From IMG/VR virus record IMGVR_UViG_3300028586_000010, positions 1 to 36,124 of that record: a stretch of DNA of 36,124 bases, one strand, 5' to 3'. Both the position numbers and the translations under genes were made by a program. Source of the stretch: a virus. Lineage: Duplodnaviria; Caudoviricetes. The notes below the pieces were generated by a model, which worked only from the letters and a program-made list of their open reading frames with translations, searched no databases and was not told the origin of the DNA. Position 1 is the stretch's first letter, and each line of letters begins with the position of its first letter. Of the stretch, positions 25,680-34,253 are shown piece by piece.

Positions 25680-26360
25680 TTACGTGGTGGCGCCGTCCTG
25701 CGCGCCACCGTCCAGCTGCTTCTGCAGCCGGGCAATGTCTTGTTTCACGCCAACGCGATCGAACAGCTTGACCGCGCGCTCGAGGTACGGCAAAGCCGTG
25801 GCTGGATCGCTCTGCTGGGCCAGGCCGATCGCCTTGTACTGCTTGGCGCGCACCTGGTCATGCATGTCGATCGGGTCGGTCAGCTTGGCCACCTCCAGCA
25901 GCTGCTGGACGTCGAACAGCTGCTCGGCCTTGATCGCCTCCAGGGCGCGATCCGAGATCTCCTCGGCCAGCACCGTGGCCAGCGACCGGTCGAAGTGGTC
26001 AGGCATGGTCAGGCCGTGCTGCAGGGCGTAGCCGGCGATCGCCAGCGCGCCGGCGATGTCGCCCACGTCGATGCGCCAGGTCATGACCGTGACCAGCACT
26101 TCGTCCTGGGCGCCGCGGCCGCCGGCCAGCACGCCATCGACGTACTCGACGTAGTCCGGCAGCAGCTCGCGTTTGACGTCGACCTTGCGCTCGACCGACT
26201 GCACCGACTTGAGGCGCCGGCGGTCAGCGTGCAACTTGGCCATCATCAGCTCGTAGGCGCTGGATCCGGCCATGCTGGCCGACCCATCAGCCGAGGCCGA
26301 GGCGGCCGCCAGCTGCGCGGTCACCTGTTGGTAGTGGCGTTGGGCTGGCGTCTTCATCAT
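25680..26360 (-). CDS. M: Terminase small (endonuclease) subunit GpM
   Basis: TPAQRH..YELM..RRLKSVQS.ERK..QDEVL..WRID.G..DMHDQVRAK..VGVKQDI. Confidence 0.92.
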   Translation of the reverse strand: MMKTPAQRHYQQVTAQLAAASASADGSASMAGSSAYELMMAKLHADRRRLKSVQSVERKVDVKRELLPDYVEYVDGVLAGGRGAQDEVLVTVMTWRIDVGDIAGALAIAGYALQHGLTMPDHFDRSLATVLAEEISDRALEAIKAEQLFDVQQLLEVAKLTDPIDMHDQVRAKQYKAIGLAQQSDPATALPYLERAVKLFDRVGVKQDIARLQKQLDGGAQDGATT

Positions 26361-27373
26361 TCCCACTCGGTCGTGATGTTCTCAACCAGGCAGCCTGCGC
26401 GGTAGTCCTCGATCACGTAGTCGTCATTGCTCGACTCGTAATTTTCGATCTGGTCGCGCTTCGGGTTGTCGATGATGGCGCGGCGACGGGCGCCGTCCTG
26501 GTAGTAGATCGACAGGTTATCGAGGCGAGTAATCATCACCGCATTGGCCGGGAAGAATGGGACCTGGACAGCCTGCAGGCCGCCGATGCGCTTCTGGCTG
26601 AGAACGACGTCGGCCGCCATCTTTTCGCTGTTGTCCTGGTCCTTGTTCACCAGTGGGAAGTACTTGTCCTGCAGCAGGCCGCGGCCGCAGATCACGACCA
26701 GCTCGGGATCGTCCGCATACACCTCGTCGACCAGGTTGTTGACGGCATCCATCACCAGGGCGTCCAGGTTCTTGTAGTCGGCGCCGGCCGCGATGCCAAC
26801 GCGGATCTCGCCCACGGTCGCGCCCTGCTTCATGACGCGCGCCGGAGCTTGTTCGCGGTACTTCTGCAGCCAGCCTTTGCCCACGTCCTGCAGCTTGGGG
26901 TTGGCGGCGCGGTTCGAGGTGGCGGCGCGCTCGACACCATTGAAGCCGATCATGATGCGATCGCGGGCTTGCTGCTTGACGATGGCATCGCGCACGCGAG
27001 TCTGGAAATCCGGGAACTTTGCCCAGGAGTCCAGCTTGGTATAGCGCAAGGCGGTATCGAAGTTGATCTGCTGGCACTGGTACGTATTGCCAGTCATATC
27101 GGTCGGATCGGTCGGGGTCCGGTCCTTGGTGGTGGTGTCGGTCGTGCTGGCGATGGTGCCGGTCGTGCCCAGGCCCAGCTTTTCGCCTTGCTGTTCGTCC
27201 ACGCCGATTACGTTGATGCGGGACAGGAAGTCGCTCGACAGTTGGATCCGGTCTTCCAGCTTCTGCTGAACGGATGGAGCCACCGAGAATTTCTCGGCAG
27301 CGTTAGCTACACCGCTCAGTTGAGCGATGGCCACCGCATAGGCGGTGTATTTGAGGCGGGTGTTGTTACGCAT
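26357..27373 (-). CDS. N: Major capsid protein GpN
   Basis: MRNNTR..FSVAPSVQQKLE..DRIMIGFNG..LQDV.KGWLQK..LDNLSIY..ESSNDDYVIEDY. Confidence 0.96.
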   Translation of the reverse strand: MRNNTRLKYTAYAVAIAQLSGVANAAEKFSVAPSVQQKLEDRIQLSSDFLSRINVIGVDEQQGEKLGLGTTGTIASTTDTTTKDRTPTDPTDMTGNTYQCQQINFDTALRYTKLDSWAKFPDFQTRVRDAIVKQQARDRIMIGFNGVERAATSNRAANPKLQDVGKGWLQKYREQAPARVMKQGATVGEIRVGIAAGADYKNLDALVMDAVNNLVDEVYADDPELVVICGRGLLQDKYFPLVNKDQDNSEKMAADVVLSQKRIGGLQAVQVPFFPANAVMITRLDNLSIYYQDGARRRAIIDNPKRDQIENYESSNDDYVIEDYRAGCLVENITTEWE

Positions 27374-27399
27374 GGTCTCTCCAGTGTGCGTGTTAGGGA

Positions 27400-28362
27400 T
27401 TAGCAGTCGGTAACGACCTTGTTGTCGCCGCCGGTAACCAGTGGACGTGGCGGAGTGCCATCCGGCGCAGCGGACAGCTTGGCGGTGAGGTCAGCCACCT
27501 GGTCGCGCAGCTCTTTGAAGCCGGTTGCTACGGCGGCTGCTGTTTCCTGGCTGTGCGTGGCGACGGCTTCCACCGCCTCGTGCACGTCCTTGAAACGCGC
27601 GTCGGATGCCTGGTCCTGCTCCTTGGTGGATTTGCCCAGCAGGCCCTGGACCTTCGACAGCAGCACGGCGCCAAGGCTCTTGGTTTCCATCTCGATGACC
27701 AGCTCCTCATCGGCCGCACTGAACAAGTTGGCCGGGTCCTGCTTTTTCTTGGCCAGTGGGCTGGCGGCCGGATTCTTGGCGGCGAAGGCCAGGATCTCGG
27801 TACCCAGGCTGGCCGGGTTGTCGGTTACAGCCAGGCCGACCAGGTAGGCCTCGCCGGTGTCGGCAAAGCTCGGGTTGATCTCACAGGAGGTGTAGATCTT
27901 CTGGCCGGCCTTGGTCATGGCCACCAGGTCGGCGGTTGGCTTGATCTGGGCGTACAGGCCCAGCTTGCCATCTGGCTCGTCGCGGGTTTCCAGGGCCAGG
28001 ACATCGCCATAGGCCTTGAATGGGCCATCCGGAACGACACCGCGGAAGTGTTCCAGGTTGATCCGGGCACCGTAGGTATTGACCGGGTCGTAGTTGGTGG
28101 CCATCTGCTCCAGCCAGTCGCGTTCGATGACGCGGCCGTCCGTGGTCGCGCCTTCCTTGGCAATGCGGAAGAGCTTGGTCTTCTCGGCGTGGTTACCGGT
28201 GCCGCCGGCGGCCGCGGTCATGCCCATCAGGCCGAGGCCGGTGGCGATGCCGGCATCAGCACCGGGCATCTGCAGGGCTGCTGCTGCCTGGGTATCGAAA
28301 GCACAGGCTACCAGGGCGGCGACGGCGCCCAAAGCCAGCGGGAAGTAGCGTTTGCGGATCAT
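27400..28362 (-). CDS. O: Capsid scaffold/protease GpO with hydrophobic N-terminal extension
   Basis: FRIAKEGATTDGR..ARINLEH..QKIYTSCE..YLVGLAVTDNPASLGTE; GGAG SD before MIRKRY at 28362. Confidence 0.92.
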   Translation of the reverse strand: MIRKRYFPLALGAVAALVACAFDTQAAAALQMPGADAGIATGLGLMGMTAAAGGTGNHAEKTKLFRIAKEGATTDGRVIERDWLEQMATNYDPVNTYGARINLEHFRGVVPDGPFKAYGDVLALETRDEPDGKLGLYAQIKPTADLVAMTKAGQKIYTSCEINPSFADTGEAYLVGLAVTDNPASLGTEILAFAAKNPAASPLAKKKQDPANLFSAADEELVIEMETKSLGAVLLSKVQGLLGKSTKEQDQASDARFKDVHEAVEAVATHSQETAAAVATGFKELRDQVADLTAKLSAAPDGTPPRPLVTGGDNKVVTDC

Positions 28363-28399
28363 GTGTTCTCCAACGAGGTTAATGGTGTTGACCAGAGGC

Positions 28400-28504
28400 A
28401 TGTTGTCCTGTTGCGCTTGCTGACTCAATCACCGGCTTATGTACTCGCAGCGAGTACATCAGCCGCTTGTCGCCCTCACGCGCGCGTAGCCCTACGCTTC
28501 GTCC
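28400..28504. promoter_or_regulatory. Ogr-type box shared by the divergent late promoters pO and pP
   Basis: CGGCTTATGT-ACTCGCAGCGAGT-ACATCAGCCG (28433-28465); -10 elements CAACAT (minus) and TACGCT (plus), each 27 bp from the box. Confidence 0.8.
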
Positions 28505-30268
28505 ATGCTCGACAACACCCCAACCGATCAACCCGATTTCGACCCGCGCCGGGCCGCGCGTGCCCTGTATTGGCAGGGTTGGCGGATCTCGTCCATTGCC
28601 CGCCATTTCAGCTTGAAACGCGCCACGGTGGAGTCCTGGAAACAGCGTGATGAGTGGGATAAGTCGACCCTGCTAGAACGCATTGAGTCGTGCGTCGAGA
28701 CGCGCCTGGTGGCCCTTATCTCTAAGGAGAAGAAAGACGGCATCGACTTCAAGGAAATCGATCTGCTGATGCGCCAGATGGGCCAGTCGGCGCGCGTGAA
28801 AAAGTACGAGGACACTGGGCGCGAAAGCGACCTGAACCCGAACTTGGAGCGCAAGGACGCTAAGCCGCGCAAGAAGGCGGCGCGCAACGAATTCAGCGAG
28901 GAGCAGATCGAGAAGATCCGGGAGGCCTTCCTGGACTCCCTGTTTGGCTACCAAAAGGTATGGCATCGCCAGGGCCATCAGCGCACGCGCAACATTCTCA
29001 AGTCGCGCCAGATCGGCGCCACGTGGTACTTCGCGCGTGAAGCGCTGCTCGATGCCCTGGAGACCGGCCGCAACCAGATCTTCCTCTCAGCCAGCAAGTC
29101 TCAGGCTCACGTTTTCAAGCAATACATCATCCAGTTCGCCCGGGAGGTGTGCGATATCGAGCTGCAGGGGGATCCCATCGTATTGCCGAACGGCGCGCAC
29201 CTGTACTTCCTGGGCACGAATGCCCGCACCGCGCAGAGCTACCACGGAAATTTCTACTTTGACGAGTACTTCTGGGTGCCGAAATTCCCAGAGCTGAACA
29301 AGGTGGCCTCGGGCATGGCCATGCACGACAAGTGGCGCAAGACCTACTTCTCCACACCGTCGAGCATGAGCCATAGCGCCTATCCATTCTGGAACGGCAA
29401 CCACTACAACAGGGGCCGATCGAAGGGTGAACAGATCAACCTGGACGTGACGCACAAGATGCTGGCCAAGGGCCGCCTTTGCGAAGACGAACAGTGGCGG
29501 CAGATCGTGACCGTGGAAGACGCGTTTGAAGGCGGCTGTAACCTGTTCAATCTGGATCGCCTCCGCCGGGAATACAGCGCGGAGGAATACGCCAACCTGC
29601 TGATGTGCCAGTTCATTGACGACACGGCCAGCATCTTCAAGTTCAGTGACCTGCAGGCCTGCGGCGTCGACAGCTGGGTGGACTGGGTGGACGTCAAGTT
29701 CTTCGCCATGCGGCCGTTCGGCCACAACCCGGTTTGGATCGGGTACGACCCGGCGCGGTCGGGCGACTCGGCCGGCTGCGTCATTCTGGCGCCGCCGAGT
29801 CGTCCAGGGGGCAAGTTCCGCGTGCTGGCACGCCACCAGTGGAAGGGAATGGACTTCGAGGCACAAGCCAAAAGCATCCAGGACCTGTGCGCACAGTACA
29901 ACGTGACCTACATGGCGATCGACACGACCGGCATCGGCGCCGGCGTCTATGAGCTGGTCAAGAAGTTCTACCCGGCCGTGGTGGGACTTCACTATTCGCC
30001 GGAAGTGAAAAGCCGGCTGGTCCTCAAAGCACTGTCGGTCATTGGCAACGGTCGCCTGGAGTGGGATGCCGGCTGGACCGACATGGCGCAATCGTTCATG
30101 GCCATCCGCAAGACGATGACCCCTACCGGTCGCCAGGTCACATTCACCGCCGGGTATAGCCAAGAGACCGGGCATGCCGACCTGGCTTGGGCCTGTATGC
30201 ACGCCCTGGGCAATGAACCGCTGGAAGGCGGCACCGCCACCAACACCTCAATACTGGAGTTTTCCTGA
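28505..30268 (+). CDS. P: Terminase large (ATPase) subunit GpP
   Basis: LYWQGW..WKQRD.W; NILKSRQIGATWYFAREA; YFDEYFW; IGYDPA..GD; HADLAWA. Confidence 0.96.
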   Translation: MLDNTPTDQPDFDPRRAARALYWQGWRISSIARHFSLKRATVESWKQRDEWDKSTLLERIESCVETRLVALISKEKKDGIDFKEIDLLMRQMGQSARVKKYEDTGRESDLNPNLERKDAKPRKKAARNEFSEEQIEKIREAFLDSLFGYQKVWHRQGHQRTRNILKSRQIGATWYFAREALLDALETGRNQIFLSASKSQAHVFKQYIIQFAREVCDIELQGDPIVLPNGAHLYFLGTNARTAQSYHGNFYFDEYFWVPKFPELNKVASGMAMHDKWRKTYFSTPSSMSHSAYPFWNGNHYNRGRSKGEQINLDVTHKMLAKGRLCEDEQWRQIVTVEDAFEGGCNLFNLDRLRREYSAEEYANLLMCQFIDDTASIFKFSDLQACGVDSWVDWVDVKFFAMRPFGHNPVWIGYDPARSGDSAGCVILAPPSRPGGKFRVLARHQWKGMDFEAQAKSIQDLCAQYNVTYMAIDTTGIGAGVYELVKKFYPAVVGLHYSPEVKSRLVLKALSVIGNGRLEWDAGWTDMAQSFMAIRKTMTPTGRQVTFTAGYSQETGHADLAWACMHALGNEPLEGGTATNTSILEFS

Positions 30269-31311
30269 TGAAGAAGCACAATTACCGCCGCGGCGCTGCT
30301 GCTGCGCCAGCTGCCGCACCGGCCAGTCCGCCGGCATCCGTCGAGGCCTTCACGTTCGGAGATCCGACACCGGTCATGGACCGCGCCGAGATCCTGAATT
30401 ACCTGGAATGCCTGTCCAACGGCCGCTGGTACGATCCGCCGGTTAGCTTCGCCGGCTTGGCCAAGTCATTCCGCGCCGGCGCGCACCACGCCTCCGCGCT
30501 GTACTTCAAGGCCAACATCCTCACGTCCACCTTCAAGCCACACAAGCTCTTGTCGAGTGCCGAGTTCGGGCGCCTGGCCTTGGACTATATGACGTTCGGC
30601 AATGGCTACGTGGAGCGCCGGGATAACCTGATGAACCGTCCCCTAAAGCTGGTGGCCCCGCTGGCCAAGTACATGCGCCGCGGCCTCGAGGCGGGACAAT
30701 ACTTTTCCCTGGATGGCACAAACGACCCTCACGAATTCAAGACCGGCTCAATCTTCCACCTGGTCACGCCGGATATCAACCAAGAGGTGTATGGCTTGCC
30801 CGAGTACCTGGGCGCCCTGCATTCGGCGTGGCTGAACGAGTCGGCCACGCTGTTCCGACGCCGCTATTACGAGAATGGCAGCCATGCCGGCTTCATCCTC
30901 TACATGACCGACGCAGCTCAGACAGAGGCGGACGTTACCGCGCTGCGCACGGCGCTCAAGGACAGCAAGGGGCCCGGCAATTTCCGCAACCTGTTCATGT
31001 ATGCGCCTGCAGGGAAGAAGGATGGCATCCAGCTCATCCCAATCAGCGAAGTGACCGCGAAGGACGAATTCTTCAACATCAAGAACGTGAGCCGGGACGA
31101 CATGCTGGCGGCGCATCGAATTCCGGCCCAGCTGATCGGCGTGGTGCCGCAAAACGCAGGCGGATTCACTGATCCGGCGACAGCGGCCAAGGTGTTTGGC
31201 CGCAATGAGATCAAACCGCTACAGACGCGCTTCCTGCAGCTGAACGAGTGGCTGGGAGATGAGGTGGTGCGCTTCGTGCCATACACACTAGAGATGGACG
31301 AAGCGGCATAG
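30268..31311 (+). CDS. Q: Portal protein GpQ
   Basis: EAFTFGDP.PV..QEVYGLPEY..LNESATLFRRRYYENGSHAGFI..KG.GNFRNLF. Confidence 0.96.
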   Translation: MKKHNYRRGAAAAPAAAPASPPASVEAFTFGDPTPVMDRAEILNYLECLSNGRWYDPPVSFAGLAKSFRAGAHHASALYFKANILTSTFKPHKLLSSAEFGRLALDYMTFGNGYVERRDNLMNRPLKLVAPLAKYMRRGLEAGQYFSLDGTNDPHEFKTGSIFHLVTPDINQEVYGLPEYLGALHSAWLNESATLFRRRYYENGSHAGFILYMTDAAQTEADVTALRTALKDSKGPGNFRNLFMYAPAGKKDGIQLIPISEVTAKDEFFNIKNVSRDDMLAAHRIPAQLIGVVPQNAGGFTDPATAAKVFGRNEIKPLQTRFLQLNEWLGDEVVRFVPYTLEMDEAA

Positions 31312-31314
31312 GTT

Positions 31315-31848
31315 CTATTCGAGAAGGCTGCCTTGCGCCGGCGCGGGCGCCGCCGGATCGATAGCGTCCAGCTGGATCTCCTCATTGAAGTGCATGAGCG
31401 GTACTGCCAACATTTCCTCGGCCTGCTGAATCAGCTCGTCAACCTGCTGGGCCTGCTCGGACTCGTCCACCAGGATCTGGGCGTTGAACGAAGCAAACCG
31501 GGCGCCCCGTTCTCCCTGCCAGGCCACGCGAGAGTTGATGATATAGACGTTGGCATTGCCAGACTTCAGCACCTGGACAAACTTGCAATCACGTAAGACG
31601 ACGATGGTGTTCTGCACGGTACGCTGGGAAATTCCCATCTGCTTGGCGATCGCGGCCGCGCTCATGACAACTCCGTTGGTTCCGCGTGACAGTTTCGAGA
31701 CCATGAAGTGTAAGACAGACAACGCCATCGGATGCTGAATACCCAGCTTCCACATTGCCTGATGTGCCGCCTTGTCCGACTGCAGCCAGCCTTGCGTCTT
31801 ATTGCCTCGACCATCTTCTTGCGGAAGCGTAATGTTTTCGCCCATCAT
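31315..31848 (-). CDS. rep: Plasmid replication initiator, pBBR1-Rep/RepL-like winged HTH
   Basis: GW+Q.+..AH.A..L..P.A..+LH.+V..N.VV+S..+.K.+G.S.RTVQ..Y++N.RVAW..F.A.++VD..+Q, matching pBBR1 Rep as I recall it. Confidence 0.85.
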   Translation of the reverse strand: MMGENITLPQEDGRGNKTQGWLQSDKAAHQAMWKLGIQHPMALSVLHFMVSKLSRGTNGVVMSAAAIAKQMGISQRTVQNTIVVLRDCKFVQVLKSGNANVYIINSRVAWQGERGARFASFNAQILVDESEQAQQVDELIQQAEEMLAVPLMHFNEEIQLDAIDPAAPAPAQGSLLE

Positions 31849-31859
31849 GTCACCTCGGA

Positions 31860-32220
31860 ATGCTATGGTTACGCATGGTAGTGCATAGATCGCGCATTTG
31901 CAACGTATTCGGACGCAATATATGGGTACTGAATACTTCCCGAGTGCGTAGCCCTACGCACCGCGCAGCGTATTACACCGCCTTACCGAAACTCCAAAGG
32001 TTTCGATTTATCCACGCGCATTCTCGCCTCTTTTTTGCGCAAATGTACGCACCCCGATTCGCAGTTCTACGCACCACGGTTCGCAGTTCTACGCACCAGC
32101 GTGCGTAATCGTCTTTTCAAAGTAGCCTTAGAGAAATAAGGCGGCGTTCATCTTTTTGCAACTTATTTGCCCTATTAGGATGTTGCACCTTTTCTGGTGC
32201 TCTCCAAGGGTATGAAAAGT
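31860..32220. repeat. Putative plasmid oriV: TACGCA palindromes, iterons and AT-rich segment
   Basis: TACGCACC at 32046, 32068 and 32090 (22-bp period; shared TTCGCAGTTCTACGCACC); palindromes at 31944-31961 and 32090-32107; AT-rich 32108-32220; directly upstream of rep. Confidence 0.75.
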
Positions 32221-32937
32221 GACTGCAACCGCCTTACGGCGGCCGCACAAGGTGCCGGCCGGTTCCCGGCCTCATAAACTCAAACCCATAACGCATCTGC
32301 TAACGGACGACCCGGCAGACCTTCGCCGGGCTACGGGTTGGCCGCGCTCGAGCGCGGCCAAGTCCTACCGGACCGGCCCTACCGGCTCACCCTGAGCGCT
32401 ATGCGCCCAGGGCTTTGGGCCCTGCCGTTCCGTTGACGCTGGCCGAAACCCCGCGCCCTCTCGGGACGCGGCGGCCGCTCGCCATCACAACGCAGCTTCA
32501 GCAAACCCGGCTCCCAGCTTATGGGCGGCCTGTTGCAGCAGCATCGCGCGGTACCGGGTTTTTGTTCTAGGGGGATACCCCCGTTAACCGGGCGTGCCGG
32601 TTTCCGAAGGAAATCGGTGCGCAACCAAGCGGGAGCGCGGGAGGTGTACCACTTGCTTGCCATGTGGCCCGGTCCGATTGCAGGCTGATAAAGGGTCTAG
32701 CCATCTGGTCGACCAGCTGCTGTTGAATGCATCCTGGTGTTCGATAGCGCAAGACCATGCGCAGTACTACGCACTACAACGACACACAAACACGACACAA
32801 ACAGATCTAGCCAGCGTTGCCAGGGACTCTAGAACGCATCAGGCGCTGCGAACTGGTGCAGCTGCGCTTGGCCCCGGTATTGGCTGGCCACGAGCTCTCA
32901 CGGCCCCTGTGCCCCCCTCGTAGGCCTCCCCGAGCAT

Positions 32938-32976
32938 CCCCCTCCCCCCCCCCCGGCCCCCCCCCCCTCGGCCCCC
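32938..32976 (-). other. Poly-G tract with G-quadruplex potential
   Basis: Plus strand C5-T-C11-GG-C11-TCGG-C5. Confidence 0.6.
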
Positions 32977-32989
32977 GGCCTTCGGAGGT

Positions 32990-33105
32990 CCCCTCCCCGC
33001 CTCCGGTCTATGTCGAGGCCTCTGTTGTGATGCGCGCCCCCTCCCCGGGCCGCAGCCCGCTCCTGCTGGGCTTCGCCGGGATCCTGGGCGAATCGGTTTG
33101 ATGCG
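32990..33105 (+). other. Candidate cos packaging region
   Basis: Downstream of Q as in P2; TCCCCGCCTC and GCGCGC..TCCCCG..GCCCGCT..CGGTTTGATGC resemble the P2 cos region as I recall it. Confidence 0.35.
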
Positions 33106-33189
33106 GATTGATGCGGGAATGGGGGGCATTTTCGACACCAAGCGGGGACCTGGAAGGGAGGGAGGCTTGAAGCCGACACACGGAGAAAA

Positions 33190-33590
33190 CATCGTGGATT
33201 CGTGGATCAGGTCATTTCCTGCTGTAACTCTTTGATTTTTTTCAAATTGGGCTTCCATGGAATCCACGAAAAACCCGATTCGCCCATGGAAAACCCGTGG
33301 ATTAAAAAATAGGCAGATTGGAAAACTCATGGAGACGAGGCTAAACCCTGTGGATGCGCGTGTGGGGGCCTTTGTATCTCTCTGCCCTTCTTTCTTCTTT
33401 CTTTTCAATAACTTAAAGAAGAAGAAGAAGAGGGCGGCGCAGGCGGTCCGGCAGGGCCTGCAAACAGAGTTCGTGGAAAAACTGGGGTAGTTCGTGGAAT
33501 TCTGTGGGGTAGTCGTGGGAGGTTTTCCCTCGCCAATCAATGACTTAGGTGAAAAGTGTACCGCAATCCACGGGTTTTCTGTGGTGTGTG
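33190..33590. repeat. Putative lytic origin: CGTGGA-type repeats, IHF sites and purine/pyrimidine AT-rich core
   Basis: Many CGTGGA/TCCACG/CATGGA hexamers; WATCAANNNNTTR matches at 33225-33237 (minus) and 33535-33547 (plus); central TTCTTTCTTCTTT...AAAGAAGAAGAAG inverted tract. Confidence 0.6.
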
Positions 33591-33677
33591 TGTCCTCCCA
33601 TTGCCGAGAATGCACGGAGGCCGCCAGGCCGTCGACGCCCGCCTGGCCAGGGCGCTGAATCAATCCGGGGAAAACTC

Positions 33678-33769
33678 ACATCAACATTACATCAACTTGC
33701 AATATGAATTAAGTTGATGTATTGTTGATGCACACAACACATTATGTTGATGTATACATGATGTATAGA
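33678..33769. repeat. parS-like/operator repeat cluster 1 (ACATCAAC)
   Basis: ACATCAAC at 33678 and 33689; inverted copies at 33713, 33724 and 33746; variant at 33758. Confidence 0.7.
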
Positions 33770-33831
33770 CCCGCCTGTTTATGCATCGCCTATTACTGCC
33801 CGGCCCCGGGCGACCATTGAAAGGACGCACC

Positions 33832-34188
33832 ATGAAAGACCTGATGCAAGAGACCACGGAAGCGATTGCAGAGTATGAAAAGGCGGCGGCCGCCCTGGAC
33901 ACCATTGACCTGGTGGGCGGGTACGTGATCCGTTGCCAGAATGTCTATCTGACGTTCGACGTGTCGGAGGCTGGCGACGTATTCAACCCGCGGCCTTGCC
34001 GGCCGCACCTGGCGCGCAGCTTCACCTGGCTGCAGGCCAAGGCCTTGGCGGCGCACGTTTGCAACGGCGAGAAGCATGTGGGGGAAGTCGTCCACGTTCG
34101 CCAGGCCGTGGCCGAAGTCCTGGACGCTTACCGCGCCGTGCTGGGAACCCTGGAAGCGTTTGAGCGCGGCGACGATCCGGCGCTGTAA
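33832..34188 (+). CDS. Hypothetical protein (118 aa) upstream of parA
   Basis: AAGGA SD before MKDLMQE at 33832. Confidence 0.7.
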   Translation: MKDLMQETTEAIAEYEKAAAALDTIDLVGGYVIRCQNVYLTFDVSEAGDVFNPRPCRPHLARSFTWLQAKALAAHVCNGEKHVGEVVHVRQAVAEVLDAYRAVLGTLEAFERGDDPAL

Positions 34189-34195
34189 TGCAGAC

Positions 34196-34240
34196 TTGAT
34201 GTATAGATACCGTATAGATACAATCAACCTGATATCAACA
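34196..34240. repeat. parS-like/operator cluster 2 (parA promoter region)
   Basis: TTGATGTATAGA, a GTATAGATAC tandem, and ATCAAC x2. Confidence 0.55.
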
Positions 34241-34253
34241 TAAGGTAAATGCC

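Noticed and set aside
32046-32107. 22-bp periodic repeats as a mini-CRISPR array
   Set aside because: No unique spacers, period too short, no cas genes; position next to rep fits iterons
32839-33663. 274-aa minus-strand ORF and other ORFs in 31860-33900
   Set aside because: They translate repeat and homopolymer DNA (poly-F, poly-K, poly-G) of the ori/cos region and lack an SD
33727-33752. GATGCACACAA-CACA-TTATGTTGATG as a second dif site
   Set aside because: The spacer is only 4 bp, and the XerD-like half is explained by the GTTGATG par repeat
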